Shown one piece after another: positions 1 to 11,010 of a DNA stretch of 64,000 bases; within the stretch, counting starts at the first letter, position 1, and each line of letters starts with the position of its first letter. The DNA lies in assembly GCF_009914755.1 (NCBI RefSeq), contig NC_060938.1; one strand, written 5' to 3'. The position numbers and the translations under genes were made by a program. Source of the stretch: the human T2T-CHM13v2.0 reference genome, Homo sapiens. Below the pieces are notes generated by a model. That model had not been told where the DNA came from. It ran no database searches and was given only the letters and a program-made list of their open reading frames with translations.

Positions 1-385
1 TGCAAGTATGTGTGTGTGCATGTTGAGTGTGTTTGAATGTGTGCATGCATGTGAGTGTGTGATTGTGTGCACATGTGTGAGAGAGCATATCCATGTGTGA
101 GAGTCAGTGTGTGTGCACATCTTTGTGCACGTTGAGTGTGTGTTTGAAAATATGAACATGTGTGTCTGTGTGTGTATGTGTGTGTGTATGTTGAGTGTAT
201 GCACATACTTGAGCATGGATATGTGTGTGAGGGTGCATATGGATATGTAAGTGTGAGTCAATGAGTGTACATGAGTGTGTTTGAATGTTTGCATGTGTGT
301 CAGTGTGTAATCATGCAAGTCCAAGTGTAGGAGTGTGTGCAGGAGTGCATATGCATGTGTGAGTATGTATGAGTGTGTGGATGTG
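1..385. repeat. Degenerate (TG)n/GT-rich low-complexity tract (probably continues upstream of the window)
   Basis: Mostly alternating TG/GT with GCAT/GAGT interruptions over ~385 bp. Confidence 0.9.
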
Positions 386-701
386 ATTCTGGGGGCAACT
401 AGGCTGAGGCAGGCATGAGCCCATGGGTACAGGGGCAGGAATGGAGGAGAGATTTGCAACTTATGAACAGGGCTGGTTGGAGAGATGCCAAATACTGTAT
501 AGGAGGAGAAAGGAAGTTAGTGCCATGAAAAGGAATTGGGTGAATGTAGGAGCTCTTGTTTTGTTTTGTGAGATCATAGGGTGACAGGGGGAAAATCAAG
601 GGGAAATACCTCTACTGGTGAAGATGGTCAAGCTGCCATATTTACTCGGATCCCATTTTCTGAGAGCATTCATTAAAATGTTCTCTTCCTTATGATTAAG
701 G

Positions 702-870
702 CAAAGCTTCTCAACCTCAGCACTGCTGGCTTGTTTGTGGTGGGGCTGTCCTGTGCACTGTAGGATGGTCAGCATTTCTGGCATCTACCCGCTAGATTCT
801 AGTTATGATGAGCAAATCTGTCTTCAGACATTGTCAGATGTCCCTGGGGTAGTGGAGGTAAGAGCCATTG
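702..870 (-). mobile_element. MER20 hAT-Charlie DNA transposon fossil
   Basis: Reverse-complement match to recalled MER20: ttctcaacctc...ggggctgtcctgtgcactgtaggatg...cagacattgtcagatgtccctgggg...agagccattg. Confidence 0.8.
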
Positions 871-1571
871 GTTAAAGGCAATGAGAGATTATGTCACCAA
901 ACCTAAGGATCTTTGCCTGTTGATCAGTGCCAACCTTGGGCTCCTAAAATTGCAACTGGTTTCAGCAACTGCGCTTCTCCAACTAAAGCTTTGGCAGTTT
1001 TACTTTACTTAAATTTTGAATTTGCATATATTTTAATCTGCAAAATGGAATGAAATATTAAAATGTATTCTGGTCTTTTTTAATGTAGTTTTAACCACCC
1101 CATCAGTGCTTCCTGGTCATAAGAGTGCATGGGAGATTTTCATTAAAATGGGACCATTTATCTTATTATATTATTTTCTCAGTTGAGGTGAGCTCATTTT
1201 AAACTTTTAATTTCTTCAATCTCATTGTAAAATAAACTGTGATAAGATAAATACTAACTTTTAAATAATTGAAAAACAACTATCAGATTCTTTTACAGTT
1301 TATTATTTTCTAGCATTGAGGAAAAGGAGCTGACTTTGGGGGCCAGGCTGTACTGGGTGACCACAACCCTGAATTCAAGCCCACTCTCTTCCAAATTTGA
1401 GCCACGAGACTTCCAGCAAGTCTGTGACCTGTTTCCCTTTTTGTTTAATGGGAATTTCATCTGCATTTTTCGACTGTTGGAGAATTCAAATCAAATCAGG
1501 GCTATCAAAAAATTTGAAAACTGAAAAAAGTGCCACATAAATAGAAATAATTATTATATAGGTCGAGCATC

Positions 1572-2309
1572 TGTTCCATGATGAGCAGGTCTATGCAACC
1601 CTACCTCCAAAGGCTGAAGAAGCTGGGAGGCTGAGAAAAGAGGCTGAAAAATCTTGTTTCTCAGAAAGAAACATTTAATAGGAACTTATGATGAGAAGCC
1701 ATATCTCAAGCAGCCGAGGATGGTGGATCCCTGCATCTGCCTTCCGGAAAGTATATATAAACATATTTATTTAAAAGACAGGGTATCACTACGTTGCTGC
1801 AGTGCAGTGGCTATTCACAAGTGCAATCCTGCTACTGTTCAGCACGAGAGTTTTGACCTGCTTTATTTCCAACCTGGGCCAGTTCACTCCTCCTTAGGCA
1901 ACCTGGTAGTCCCCCAGTCACTCCCTGGAGGTCACCATATCAATGCCAAGCTTAGTGCAACATCCAATCAGCATAGCTCACCACAGTCCAGAACTCCTGG
2001 GCTCAAACGATCTTCTTGCCTCAGCCTCTCAGCAGCCGTAACTACAGGCAAGCCAGGCAGTATTCTTTATATAGCAAGTTTTAGGGTAAAACATGTGCAT
2101 TTGATCATGTCTTCACACTTTCTTGCCAAGACTTGTGACTACTGAGGAGGTTAGATAAGCATCTTTATGAGGGGTTAGCTATGCTACAGGCATTGTTTAA
2201 AGGACTTACTGCAGAACCCCTTGGTATACGGGAATCAAACATCGGACATCGCGGGGGTTTTGCTTCAAGATAGCGTCACTCTTGCCATGCAACAGGCTGT
2301 TTTCCTACA
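1572..2309 (-). mobile_element. Solo ERV LTR (LTR47-like), interrupted by a 7SL retrocopy
   Basis: TG...CA termini (tgttcc...cctaca) with near-perfect 5-bp TSD gcatc/gaatc; minus-strand start TGTAGGAAAACAGCCTGTTGCATGGCAAGAGTGAC. Subfamily name is from memory. Confidence 0.65.
1773..2058 (-). pseudogene. RN7SL: 7SL (SRP RNA) processed pseudogene, RN7SL-type; specific pseudogene number not determinable
   Basis: Reverse complement contains the Alu domain plus the SRP S-domain absent from Alus (gttcactcctccttaggcaacctggtagtcccc...ggaggtcaccatat, gttttgacctgct); ~11-nt deletion in the 5' A-box region; degenerate A/T tail at 1752-1772. Confidence 0.9.
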
Positions 2310-2559
2310 GAATCTTAAATCTGAAAATTCAAAATCTGAAACTTTTTGAGTGCCGGCATGATGCTCAACAGAAACGCTCATTGGAGCATTTTGGATTTTT
2401 GATTCTCAGAGTTGGGATGCCCAACCAGTAAACATAAAGCTAATTTTCCAAAATTTGAAGAAATCTGAAATCCAAAACACTTCAGTTCTGAAGCGTTTTA
2501 CATAAGGGATACTCAACCTGCAATGTTAATTATTATAATTCTGCAGAAAGGTTGAATGG

Positions 2560-2775
2560 TGTAAAATCAGGTAGCACTGAATACAAATTTTAGATCTGCC
2601 ACTTACTGGTGGTGAAAGTTCAGGTACGTTACTTAAATTTTCTAAAATTCTGTTTTCCCATCTGCAGAACTCAACAGCAGAACTCACAGCATGGAATTTA
2701 AGGATTACAGGCCAAAGGTTTTGCAAAATGTGCCCAGTGTGAGGCACAGAGTACATGCTCAAGAAACAGTAGCTA
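2560..2775 (+). mobile_element. MIR SINE
   Basis: tctgccacttact...gttacttaa...ctgttttcccatctg core and ggcacagagtacatgctcaag 3' end. Confidence 0.65.
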
Positions 2776-2981
2776 TATAATCAATGTGACCACAGCTATT
2801 ATTATTATCACTATTGTTAATTTTTCAAACTCAGCCTACATTCACATTTTGTTAAAAGCTCATATGGCTGGGTTTTTCACCAAAAGCCAGGACTTTTGGC
2901 ATTCGAGTACAGAACGGACATACAGTCAGTTTAGTCTCATCTTATTTGCACAATTGCAATGGCATACCTTCTGGTCACTGC

Positions 2982-3284
2982 TTTTTTTTTTTTTTTTTTT
3001 TTTGAGACGGAGTTTTGCTCTTGTTATTCAAGCTGGAGTGCAATGGCACAATCTGCTCACTGCAACCTCCGCCTCCTGGGTTCAAGCGATTCTCCTGCCT
3101 CAGCCTACCAAGTAGCTGGGATTACAGGCACCCACCACCACACCTGGCTAATTTTTTGTATTTTTAGTAGAGACAGGGTTTCACCATGTTGGTCAGGCTG
3201 ATTGTGAACTCCTGACCTCAGGTGATTCACCCGTCTCAGCCTCCCGAAGTGCTGGGATTACAGGCATGAGACATGCGCCCGGCC
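2982..3284 (-). mobile_element. AluS (Sq/Sp-like), full length
   Basis: Poly-T 2982-3003, dimeric Alu body ending cccggcc; TSD ctggtcactgctttt on both sides; diagnostic gctcttgtt and gcaatggc. Confidence 0.95.
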
Positions 3285-4009
3285 ACTGGTCACTGCTTTT
3301 AAAAGATGCTGTTATCAAATCCTCAAGCATGTGCCAGGCTGCCCATGGCATCTTCTATTTGGTCCTCACAGTAGCCTTGTAAGACATGCAATATTATTAG
3401 CCCTGTTTTACACACGAGGAAATGGAAAGCATAACAGGCAAGGAGGCAAAGACTTTCTTGTTTTCTATCTGCCTTCAGCCTTATAGCAGGCATTCAATAA
3501 ATATTACGACTGATTCAACGGAGGGATGAATGAATGGAGAAGTTCAGGGAGTTCCCCAGAACTGTCCTGAGTGGGATTCCCAATCAGAAATCCAGGCTCT
3601 GGGCATCCCCTAGGCCTAGGGCACAGATGCATTTCCTGTCAGAGGCTGCTGTCTTGCATATCCATCTCTGTGGTGCTTTATCTGTCCTTTTTTTAAATGT
3701 ATGTTTGCACCTTGTAAAGCACCTCTTCCCTTGATTTGAAAAATGGGAGAGTAGGGGTTGATTGTGGAAGAGCACCTGGTACTTAGTGGGCCCTTTATAA
3801 ATGCCTGTGGAGTGCTTGGGCCACCAACCACAGACTCACAGTCTCATGAACCTCATTCATGCCCACCTCTGTCTTCCCTAAAGAACTGCAAGTTCTTTGT
3901 AAGCAAGCCTGTGTGTTTGAAACTCCGTTCATCAAAGATTTGATAGCTTGAAGAGTATGTTGTTTTAAAGCAGACTTGCCATGCTACCTAACAATGATAC
4001 TGTTGATAA

Positions 4010-4121
4010 CAGCTCTCATTCATGTAGCACCAAATGAGTGCCAAACACAGTGCAGGCAGGGTGCATGCCCTTCCTTATTTTATCTTTAGAACAATCCTAT
4101 GAAGTTAGTATTGTCATTAGT

Positions 4122-4171
<50 letters not shown>

Positions 4172-4260
4172 TGCCATTCCAGTTTAACAGGGGAGGATTT
4201 GGGAGAATGGACAGGGGAAATTGATTGCCCCAAGAAGTCAGGCAGGTGTCATAGTGAACC
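4010..4260 (-). mobile_element. MIR SINE containing an expanded (ATC)n
   Basis: gtgccaaacacagtgc...acaatcctatgaag...ttaacagggggagga...gattgccccaag resembles reverse-strand MIR. Confidence 0.55.
4122..4169. repeat. (ATC)16 trinucleotide microsatellite
   Basis: Perfect ATC run read directly. Confidence 0.97.
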
Positions 4261-4528
4261 CTCAAAGCAACTCCACTGGCAGTGGCCCCATGGACTCTCG
4301 TCTCCTTTCTGCACTTTGGGGACAATGTCCAGCCTCTCCTGGTTTCCCTTCTTTAACTCAGAGACACTCTGAGCTCTGGCTCCCAGTGAAGACCAAAGCA
4401 AGGCAGGTCTGTTTCTGGCAGGTGCTGTGGCCACTGCGGCTGCTGGAGCCAACATGGACTGCTGTAGATTTTCTTTGGAGGGGCACTCAGATCCATTTCA
4501 GTACTGGGTCATTCATTTGAACCATTAG

Positions 4529-4885
4529 TGTCTTAGTCTATTTGGGCTGCTATAAAATACTATAAGCTGGATAATTTATAAACAATAGACACCTATTTCT
4601 CACAGTTCTGGAGGCTAAGAAGTTCAAGATCAAGGAGCTGGCAGATTCAGTGTCTGGTGAGGGTCCCCTTTCCTCTTCATAGAGGACAGCTTTTTGCTGT
4701 GTCCTTACATGGTAGAAGGGGTGAGGGAGCTCTCTGTGGCCTCCTTTATAAGGGCACTAATCCCACTGATGGAGGCTCCACCCTCATGACCTAATCACCT
4801 CCCAAGGGCTCTACCTCCTAACACCATCACCTTTAGGATTCCAGTGTATGAATTTGGAGGGGACACAAGCATTCAGACCCTAGAG
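4529..4885 (-). mobile_element. MLT1A-type MaLR solo LTR
   Basis: tgtcttagtc...ctcacagttctggaggct...gacctaatcacctccc...ggggacaca; perfect 5-bp TSD ATTAG (4524-4528 / 4886-4890). Confidence 0.9.
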
Positions 4886-6557
4886 ATTAGAATATCGTTA
4901 GCTCAAGCAAGCTCAAGTGTCTTTTGGGCATCACAGTGAGGAGCACCTGGCTTTCACTGTAGTCCACGCACGTCTCCTAATCACTGGCCTTAAGTCTTGT
5001 CGGTGCCCTGTTCTCTCACTTAACCCCAAGGTTGGAATCCAGCAGCTCCTGACTCCTCTGGGGATGCCTTAGACAAGCCTGGCCTTCTTCTCCCACAGCC
5101 TGCAAAGTGCCCCAAGGCAAGGCCCGAGGGGCATGTCTCCCTTTCATCTCACAGGCCCTCCTTTTCCCTGTGGGGCAAATCTCTCCTCCCTGCGAGTTGG
5201 ATCCATGGCCTCCACTTGCAGCTAAGCTCCACCAGCTGCCTCCACCTGTCCACTGCTGGACAGGGGCTTATGTTCTGACCACCTCTTCTCCTCATTTGAA
5301 AAATAGAAGAGTAGTGGCTGATTGTGGAAGAGCATCTGGCACTTAGCCCTTTATAAATATCTGTGGATTGCATGGATGCACCAACCATAGACCCGTTGTC
5401 TCCAAAGGAAACCAAGTCACAGTGGGCGGTTGGGACTCAACCCTCACAGTGCCAGGGTTGTACTGAGGGCTGGACACTGCCCCTTTGGACCTTCACCAGG
5501 TCCCTCTTACTAACTTCCACACCCTCTCCTCCGCAGATTGTCATAGACAAGCCCGTGCCCCTTCTCTGCCCCCATCAGCTCCTCTCCCAAGTGCTGTCTC
5601 TGTGCTCGGCTCATGGCATCATGCTATCTCTTAGAAACATGTCGAGGTAGGTTCACTGACTGTCCCTAAACTGGCCCTGTCTAACTCTCCAGCCTTCTTG
5701 TATCCAACAACTCCTGCAATATTCTCAACTCTGGCCACTGGAGACTATCCACAGCATGTCCAAAGCCCGTTCTACTTGCATGCTGACGTGAGGCTGCAGG
5801 GGAGGCTTCGAGCCTCAGAATCCAGCCCTGCATGTCCCTGTCTCACAGCACAGACCATGCCCCTTCGGTGTCTTGTAGTTTTCTTTTTTCCCTCATTGGA
5901 CTGGGACCCTCCTGAGGGCTGAGGCATCTCTTATTCACCTCTGTTTTCTTAGTGTCTGCCCAGACGGGATTTTGACATGGAGTAGACGCTCAGTAGCTCA
6001 ATAGAGCTTTTTGTATACATGAAAGATTTATCACGGTGCCTCCAGAAAGAATGATGGAACTTGCATAAACTGACACGATTATTATTGGAATTCATTTATT
6101 AGAAAAAAAACTTCAGATATTTTATTATCCCAAACACTGCATTTCAAGACATTTTTTATGCCAAACCTGACAAATGGATAGCTTTCCCCAGGTTTTTTTT
6201 CTTTTAATTATTTGCATTCATTTTCTGTTTCAAAGACATTTTAACATTGGGCAACCAGCTGATGGCTTAACAGATGTTATTAATGGGAATATTAGAAAAA
6301 TTAAAATCAGAACTTTTAATATAAGTTGAATGAAATGCTCAACCACCCGGCCAATCGAAGGACTGATTATGCATTCTGGGAGCACAGGAGAAGGTGAAGG
6401 ACTTGAGTGGTGTTTAGTGTGGGGAGACAGGAAGTGAGCTAGGGAGCGGGACTCAAGTCCCACTGCAGAGACCCTCAGGAGCCCTGAAACCTTGGGCCAC
6501 TCTCCTCCTCTTCCTACACCTGAGTTTCTTCATCTAGACCCTGAAGAGGGGCTGAAT

Positions 6558-6725
6558 GAGGTCCTCAATTTGTACCCAGGAGCTTTCTAGTCCTTCAGAG
6601 AGAGCTGTGAACCCACTAAACTGCATGCAAAATTGAGGTGGATGCGCATTTTTCCAAAATAGAGTGTTCACAACTTTTATGAGATTTCCAGAGATCTGTG
6701 ACTCAAAGACATTTAGTAACCATTA
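6558..6725 (-). mobile_element. Charlie4z-like hAT DNA transposon fossil
   Basis: gtgaaccc..tgcatgcaaaatt...gcatttttcc...tctgtgactcaaag..ttagtaaccat resembles the reverse complement of recalled Charlie4z. Confidence 0.55.
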
Positions 6726-6749
6726 AACTAGGCAGTTTCTAAGCTTTGT

Positions 6750-6870
6750 TCACTTGTTAATTCATTCATTCTTTCAGTCATTAAAGTAGCAGAGATTTTT
6801 GGGTATGTGGTAGGTGCCAGGCATTCTTACAGGCACTGGAGATACAGCAGTGAACAGGAAGAAGTCTCCA
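6750..6870 (-). mobile_element. L2 LINE 3' end
   Basis: ttcattcattc tail, gtgccaggcatt...ggcactggagatacagcagtgaaca. Confidence 0.75.
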
Positions 6871-7744
6871 CTGTACTGTTTCCCACTCAGACCATGCTAT
6901 TTATGTGTGCCGAGAATCCTGTCTTGATTAATATCTGCATTGACCTTGAAAGTCAAACACATTCCTCAGCTATTTGGCTTTGATCAGGTACGTAGGATCC
7001 AGGGAGAGCTGGACTACTGTGAAAGGCTGGCGGCTGAGCCTCCAGGACCCCACTTCAAGAGGCAGACATGCTTTCTGGAAAAGTGTTTATTAAGGAGCAG
7101 GCAGCCACAATGCTGGCCAGGCTCAGTGCCTCGGGGACGGGCAGTGGGCACAGTGGGCCCAGCTAGTTCTAGGGCACCGGGATGCGTGACACCAGACAGC
7201 CATTTCCATAGACAGCAGGAGACAGATCAGTGCAGTCTCTCCCCTCAGCTTTCTGTGGCAACAGAGATTCCACAGGGTAGTGGGATTCCCAGCCCTGTGG
7301 CAACTTCCTGGAGAGGAGGACGGTGGAGATCTAGGAATCAGGGCAGCGGCAGCTCCCAGACAGGGTGGCACTTTGATGGGAATTGAGTTACCTCAATCCC
7401 AGGGATCAGCAGACACAGATATGCATATGGCTTTTGGAGCCCTGTGTGATCTGCTGTTAGCCCCAGTTCAGGATGCCTGGAAAACACAGGTCACATTTAC
7501 ACCCAGGTGGCTCATTTGTGAACAAGGAGCCTGGAGGGGCCATTCTAAGATGTCCTGCCTGCTCTTTATGGGGGGTTAGACAGGCATGGCCTGGGCATGG
7601 GTCAGGAGGGGTCATCTTCTCTCCAAGGGTGGTGAGAGCATGTTGTGGCCCAGAAGAGGTCCAAGGAAAGGAGACTGATATCCGCCTTCCACCAAGCTGG
7701 GAATGGAAGACTCTGTGATGGAGCTGGAATCCAGGGAGATGTGA

Positions 7745-7933
7745 GGACCTGCCACACAAAACACAGAACTCCCATTAAATGTGAATTTCAGATAAACAAA
7801 TGGATATATTTTCAGGATAAGTATATCTCCAATATTGCATAGGACATACTTCTCCTGAACAAATTGTTTTGTTTGTTTGAAATTCAAATTTCACAGAACA
7901 TTCTGTATTTTTATTTGCTGAATCTGGCAACCC
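7745..7933. mobile_element. MER53 palindromic MITE
   Basis: gaatttcagataaacaa...aagtat...caatattgca...gacatactt...gaaattcaaattt...atctggcaaccc; near-perfect internal inverted repeat. Confidence 0.85.
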
Positions 7934-7938
7934 ATCCA

Positions 7939-8039
7939 GAATAAGAGCATGGCTCTATATCTATAAAATTTATTTTTTTTTTTACAAAAACTGATGTCAG
8001 GGCCGATTTGGTCTACAGGCCATATTTGGTTGACCCCTG
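7939..8039 (+). mobile_element. MER58A 3' fragment (hAT-Charlie)
   Basis: catggct...ataaaatttatt..tacaaaaac...gggccgatttgg...ttgacccctg. Confidence 0.75.
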
Positions 8040-8334
8040 ATCTAAGAGCGTGCGACACAATCCAAACAAAGTTGTGTGGATGAGACAGAGCCAGCTGGTA
8101 GCGCGGCCAGAAGCAGGAAGTCCCTTGTTTGCTAGAATGGCTCCTAGCACACAGTAGATTCCTAGCCAGGGGACTTGTTATTAATCTATGCACAAAACTT
8201 ACATCAAAAAGGTATGAAACAATTGCATGAATGCCCTTATGTGGGTCAAGCATGCACACACTGCAAGGAAAGGTATAGCTTGCTGGATAAGGTATAATAT
8301 AAGGTATAGCTTGCTGGCCCTGAGGCCCCACCCA

Positions 8335-8495
8335 CAGAACATAGGTCTGAGGTCCAGCACCTCCTGGTTACGTTTTTGTGAGACATGACTTCATCTCTGT
8401 AAGCCTCTGATTCCTCATTTGCAAATGGAAGCTAAAAATACTTATTTCATGAGGTTATACAAGGATTGATGAGTTGCGTTACTTATAATAGTGTC
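8335..8495 (+). mobile_element. MIR SINE
   Basis: gacttcatctctgtaagcctctgattcctcatttgcaaatgg core. Confidence 0.6.
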
Positions 8496-9534
8496 ATACA
8501 GTTCTCACTTTTTCCTTGCCAGCCCTCAGAGATTCCTTCTCCTCGCTGCTCCTCCTCTCCCAGGTAAGTACACATTGCCCCAGAAAATAGAAAGACTCTT
8601 CTTCCCTTTAACTGGCTCACAATTAAAGGAACAGAATCCCTCGGTTTCTGCTGCCAGATCACATTTGCTAAACAATCATTTTGCTAACTGGGATTCAGAC
8701 AATGTAGGAAGAAACACTTGAAAACAGTTTTAATTGGTGTTGAAAATAAAAAAGGGGAGAAAAAAAAAGTCAGAACATTATTAATTTTTGCTGCCGTAAT
8801 GACCACTGTAGAATTGGCTGGTTATTTCCCCATTAGAACATAATGACATCCATTGTTGGCGGCTCTGTACTTGATTATAAGATAATGACAATAATTCATT
8901 GTTTGCCGCTCTTTACCTTGAGACAAGGTAACCATAAGTTTAAAGGAAGATGTACAAGAGGTAAATTATATGTTGCTAAATATGAAACAGCACCTCACTT
9001 GTCCTGGTTTATAACAATAAAAACAACAATTTTAGATAGAACATATATTTAGTAGGTTTTCCCCCTAGGAAAGACAGAGACATTGATCATCACATAATTA
9101 CTACAAAGGAAAATCCTGCTAAATTGTTAGGTTTAGATACGATACAAACCATCTTCTTGAACTATGCAAAGAAAAAGGAGCTTTTTGAACCTTTTGCTTG
9201 CTGTTTGAACGAAGCCTTTTCTAATCACAGAGCTGGAAGTCACCCCAAAGCTCATCAGGGTGGGGGTTTTCAAGAACCTTTTAAAAATGCAGCACCTATG
9301 TACAAATATGGTTGTTTATGGATAGGCCATATGTGAAACAGATTTGAGCCTCAAACTCAGTGCTTTTCCACCACACCCTCTGCTGTGTCCCCAGTCATTT
9401 GGCTCCTGCCAGCTCCTGCCTGCAGAGGCTGCACCCACTTTGCACTAGCCCACAGGGTTACAGCTTGGCCTGCTTGGTCTCTTTTCTCCACCAGCAGTCA
9501 AATGAATCTTCTAACCCCCAGATCAGATCCATCA

Positions 9535-10283
9535 CTCCTCTGGAGGACAGTTTGGCAATTTCTTACAAAGCTAGACATGGTCTTACCTTATGATTCAGCC
9601 AGCGTGCACCTGAGCTTGTATCCACATAAACTGGAAACAAATGTCCAAGCAAAAACCTGCACACGAATGTTTACTCATCATTGCCAAAAACTGAAAGCAG
9701 CTGAGATGTCCCTCAATAGGGGAATGGATGAACAAACTGGAGTTCAGCCATACAGTGGAATATTATTGAGCAATCAAGAGAAATTAGCTATCAAACCATG
9801 AAAAGACATGGAAGAAATGTAAATGCACGTTACCAAGTGAAAGAAGCTGAAAAGGCTATATACTGAATGATTCCAACTATCTGACATTCTGGAAAAAGCA
9901 AAGTTAGACAGTAAAAACATCAGTGGTTGCCAGAGTTTCAGGGCGAAGGAGGAGGGGTGAGCAAGGGGAGCACAGGATTTTTAGCGCAGTGAAACTATTG
10001 TAGATGATGCCATCAGGGTGGATATGTGACACTTATGCGTTTATTTGAACCCGCAGAATGTACAACACAAAGAGTGAACCCCAATATCCCCTAAGGACTT
10101 CAATTAATAATAATGTGTGAATATTGGTTCATCGATCTTAGCGTATGAACCACACTAGTGCAAGACGTTTAGTGGAAACTGTGTGAGGGGAGAGGAGTAG
10201 GTGAGAACTCTCTGTACTCTCTGCTCAATTGTTCTGTAAACCTAAAACAGCTCTAAAAATAAAGTCTATTATTTAAGAAAAAA
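9535..10283 (+). mobile_element. L1M (L1MC-like) LINE, 5'-truncated: ORF2 C-terminal remnant plus 3'UTR
   Basis: ORF 9385-9801 includes LWRTVWQFLTKLDMVLPYD...KTCTRMF (L1 ORF2 C-terminus); 3' end aaacctaaaacagctctaaaaataaagtc plus A-tail; inserted within an L2. Confidence 0.85.
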
Positions 10284-10299
10284 CCCCCAAACTATAACT

Positions 10300-10684
10300 G
10301 AGCATCGCTGTCGGTTAAAAACCCAAGTCCCTACCGAGGTCTCAAGCCCCTCCACAGCCCGCCTCTGCCATTTCCATGGTTATTTCTTCCACTTCATCCC
10401 TCTTGCTTCCACGCCTCATGCTGGCCCTTCCCTCAGCCCCTAGTCTTGCTCTTGACCTGTTCCAATCTCTGTCTGAATGCCACTTGGGCCATCCCACCTA
10501 GAGGATGGTACTCCATGCCTCCTGCTATCTTCTCTCACTGGCTTTTGTTTTCTTCTTATATGCTGCCCTTTATTTTTCTCTTTATTTTCTGTCTCTTCCA
10601 CTACAAGTTCACTGATGCTCCCCCAGCACCTGCCAATGGCTGGCACATAATAGGTGCTCAGTAAGTATTTGTTGAATGAATAAA
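10300..10684 (+). mobile_element. L2 LINE 3' portion
   Basis: Ends ggcacataataggtgctcagtaagtatttgttgaatgaat, the canonical L2 tail. Confidence 0.75.
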
Positions 10685-11010
10685 GGTGGGGCTGCTTCCC
10701 CTCATCTCTGTCCCCCAGGAAGCTCCACCCTGCTTGAAATGTCCTGGAGATGCAGTTAAACAACAGATCTATCTGTTGATCTTACACCATGATGTTGGTT
10801 AGGGTGTGGGCCCTGCAGGGCCCCGTCGCCTGATGGGGCATCTTATGTGGCACTCTTTAACTAGGGACCCATGGGGGAAACCCCACCACGTTCTCCAGGG
10901 CTGTATCTTGAAAATGGTCTTAACACAAGCTTGAAATGTTTTTTTTTTATTCTAGCTTTAAACACACACACCTACACACAGAGAGAAATGTTAAGTTTGC
11001 TGATGACGTG

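Larger units (their letters stand above)
1559..2520 (+). mobile_element. Tigger4a (Zombi/MER46-type) MITE, split by an LTR insertion (pieces 1559-1571 and 2310-2520)
   Basis: Left TIR taggtcgagcatc after TA, right TIR gatactcaacctg; body aaaatctgaaactttttgagtgccggcatgatgctc...ttggagcatttt matches recalled Tigger4a. Confidence 0.8.

Noticed and set aside
1654-2145. 163-aa ORF
   Set aside because: Reads through the antisense 7SL pseudogene and LTR; spurious.
9385-9801. 138-aa ORF with L1 ORF2 C-terminal similarity
   Set aside because: Fossil of a 5'-truncated L1M fused to L2 sequence; not a gene.
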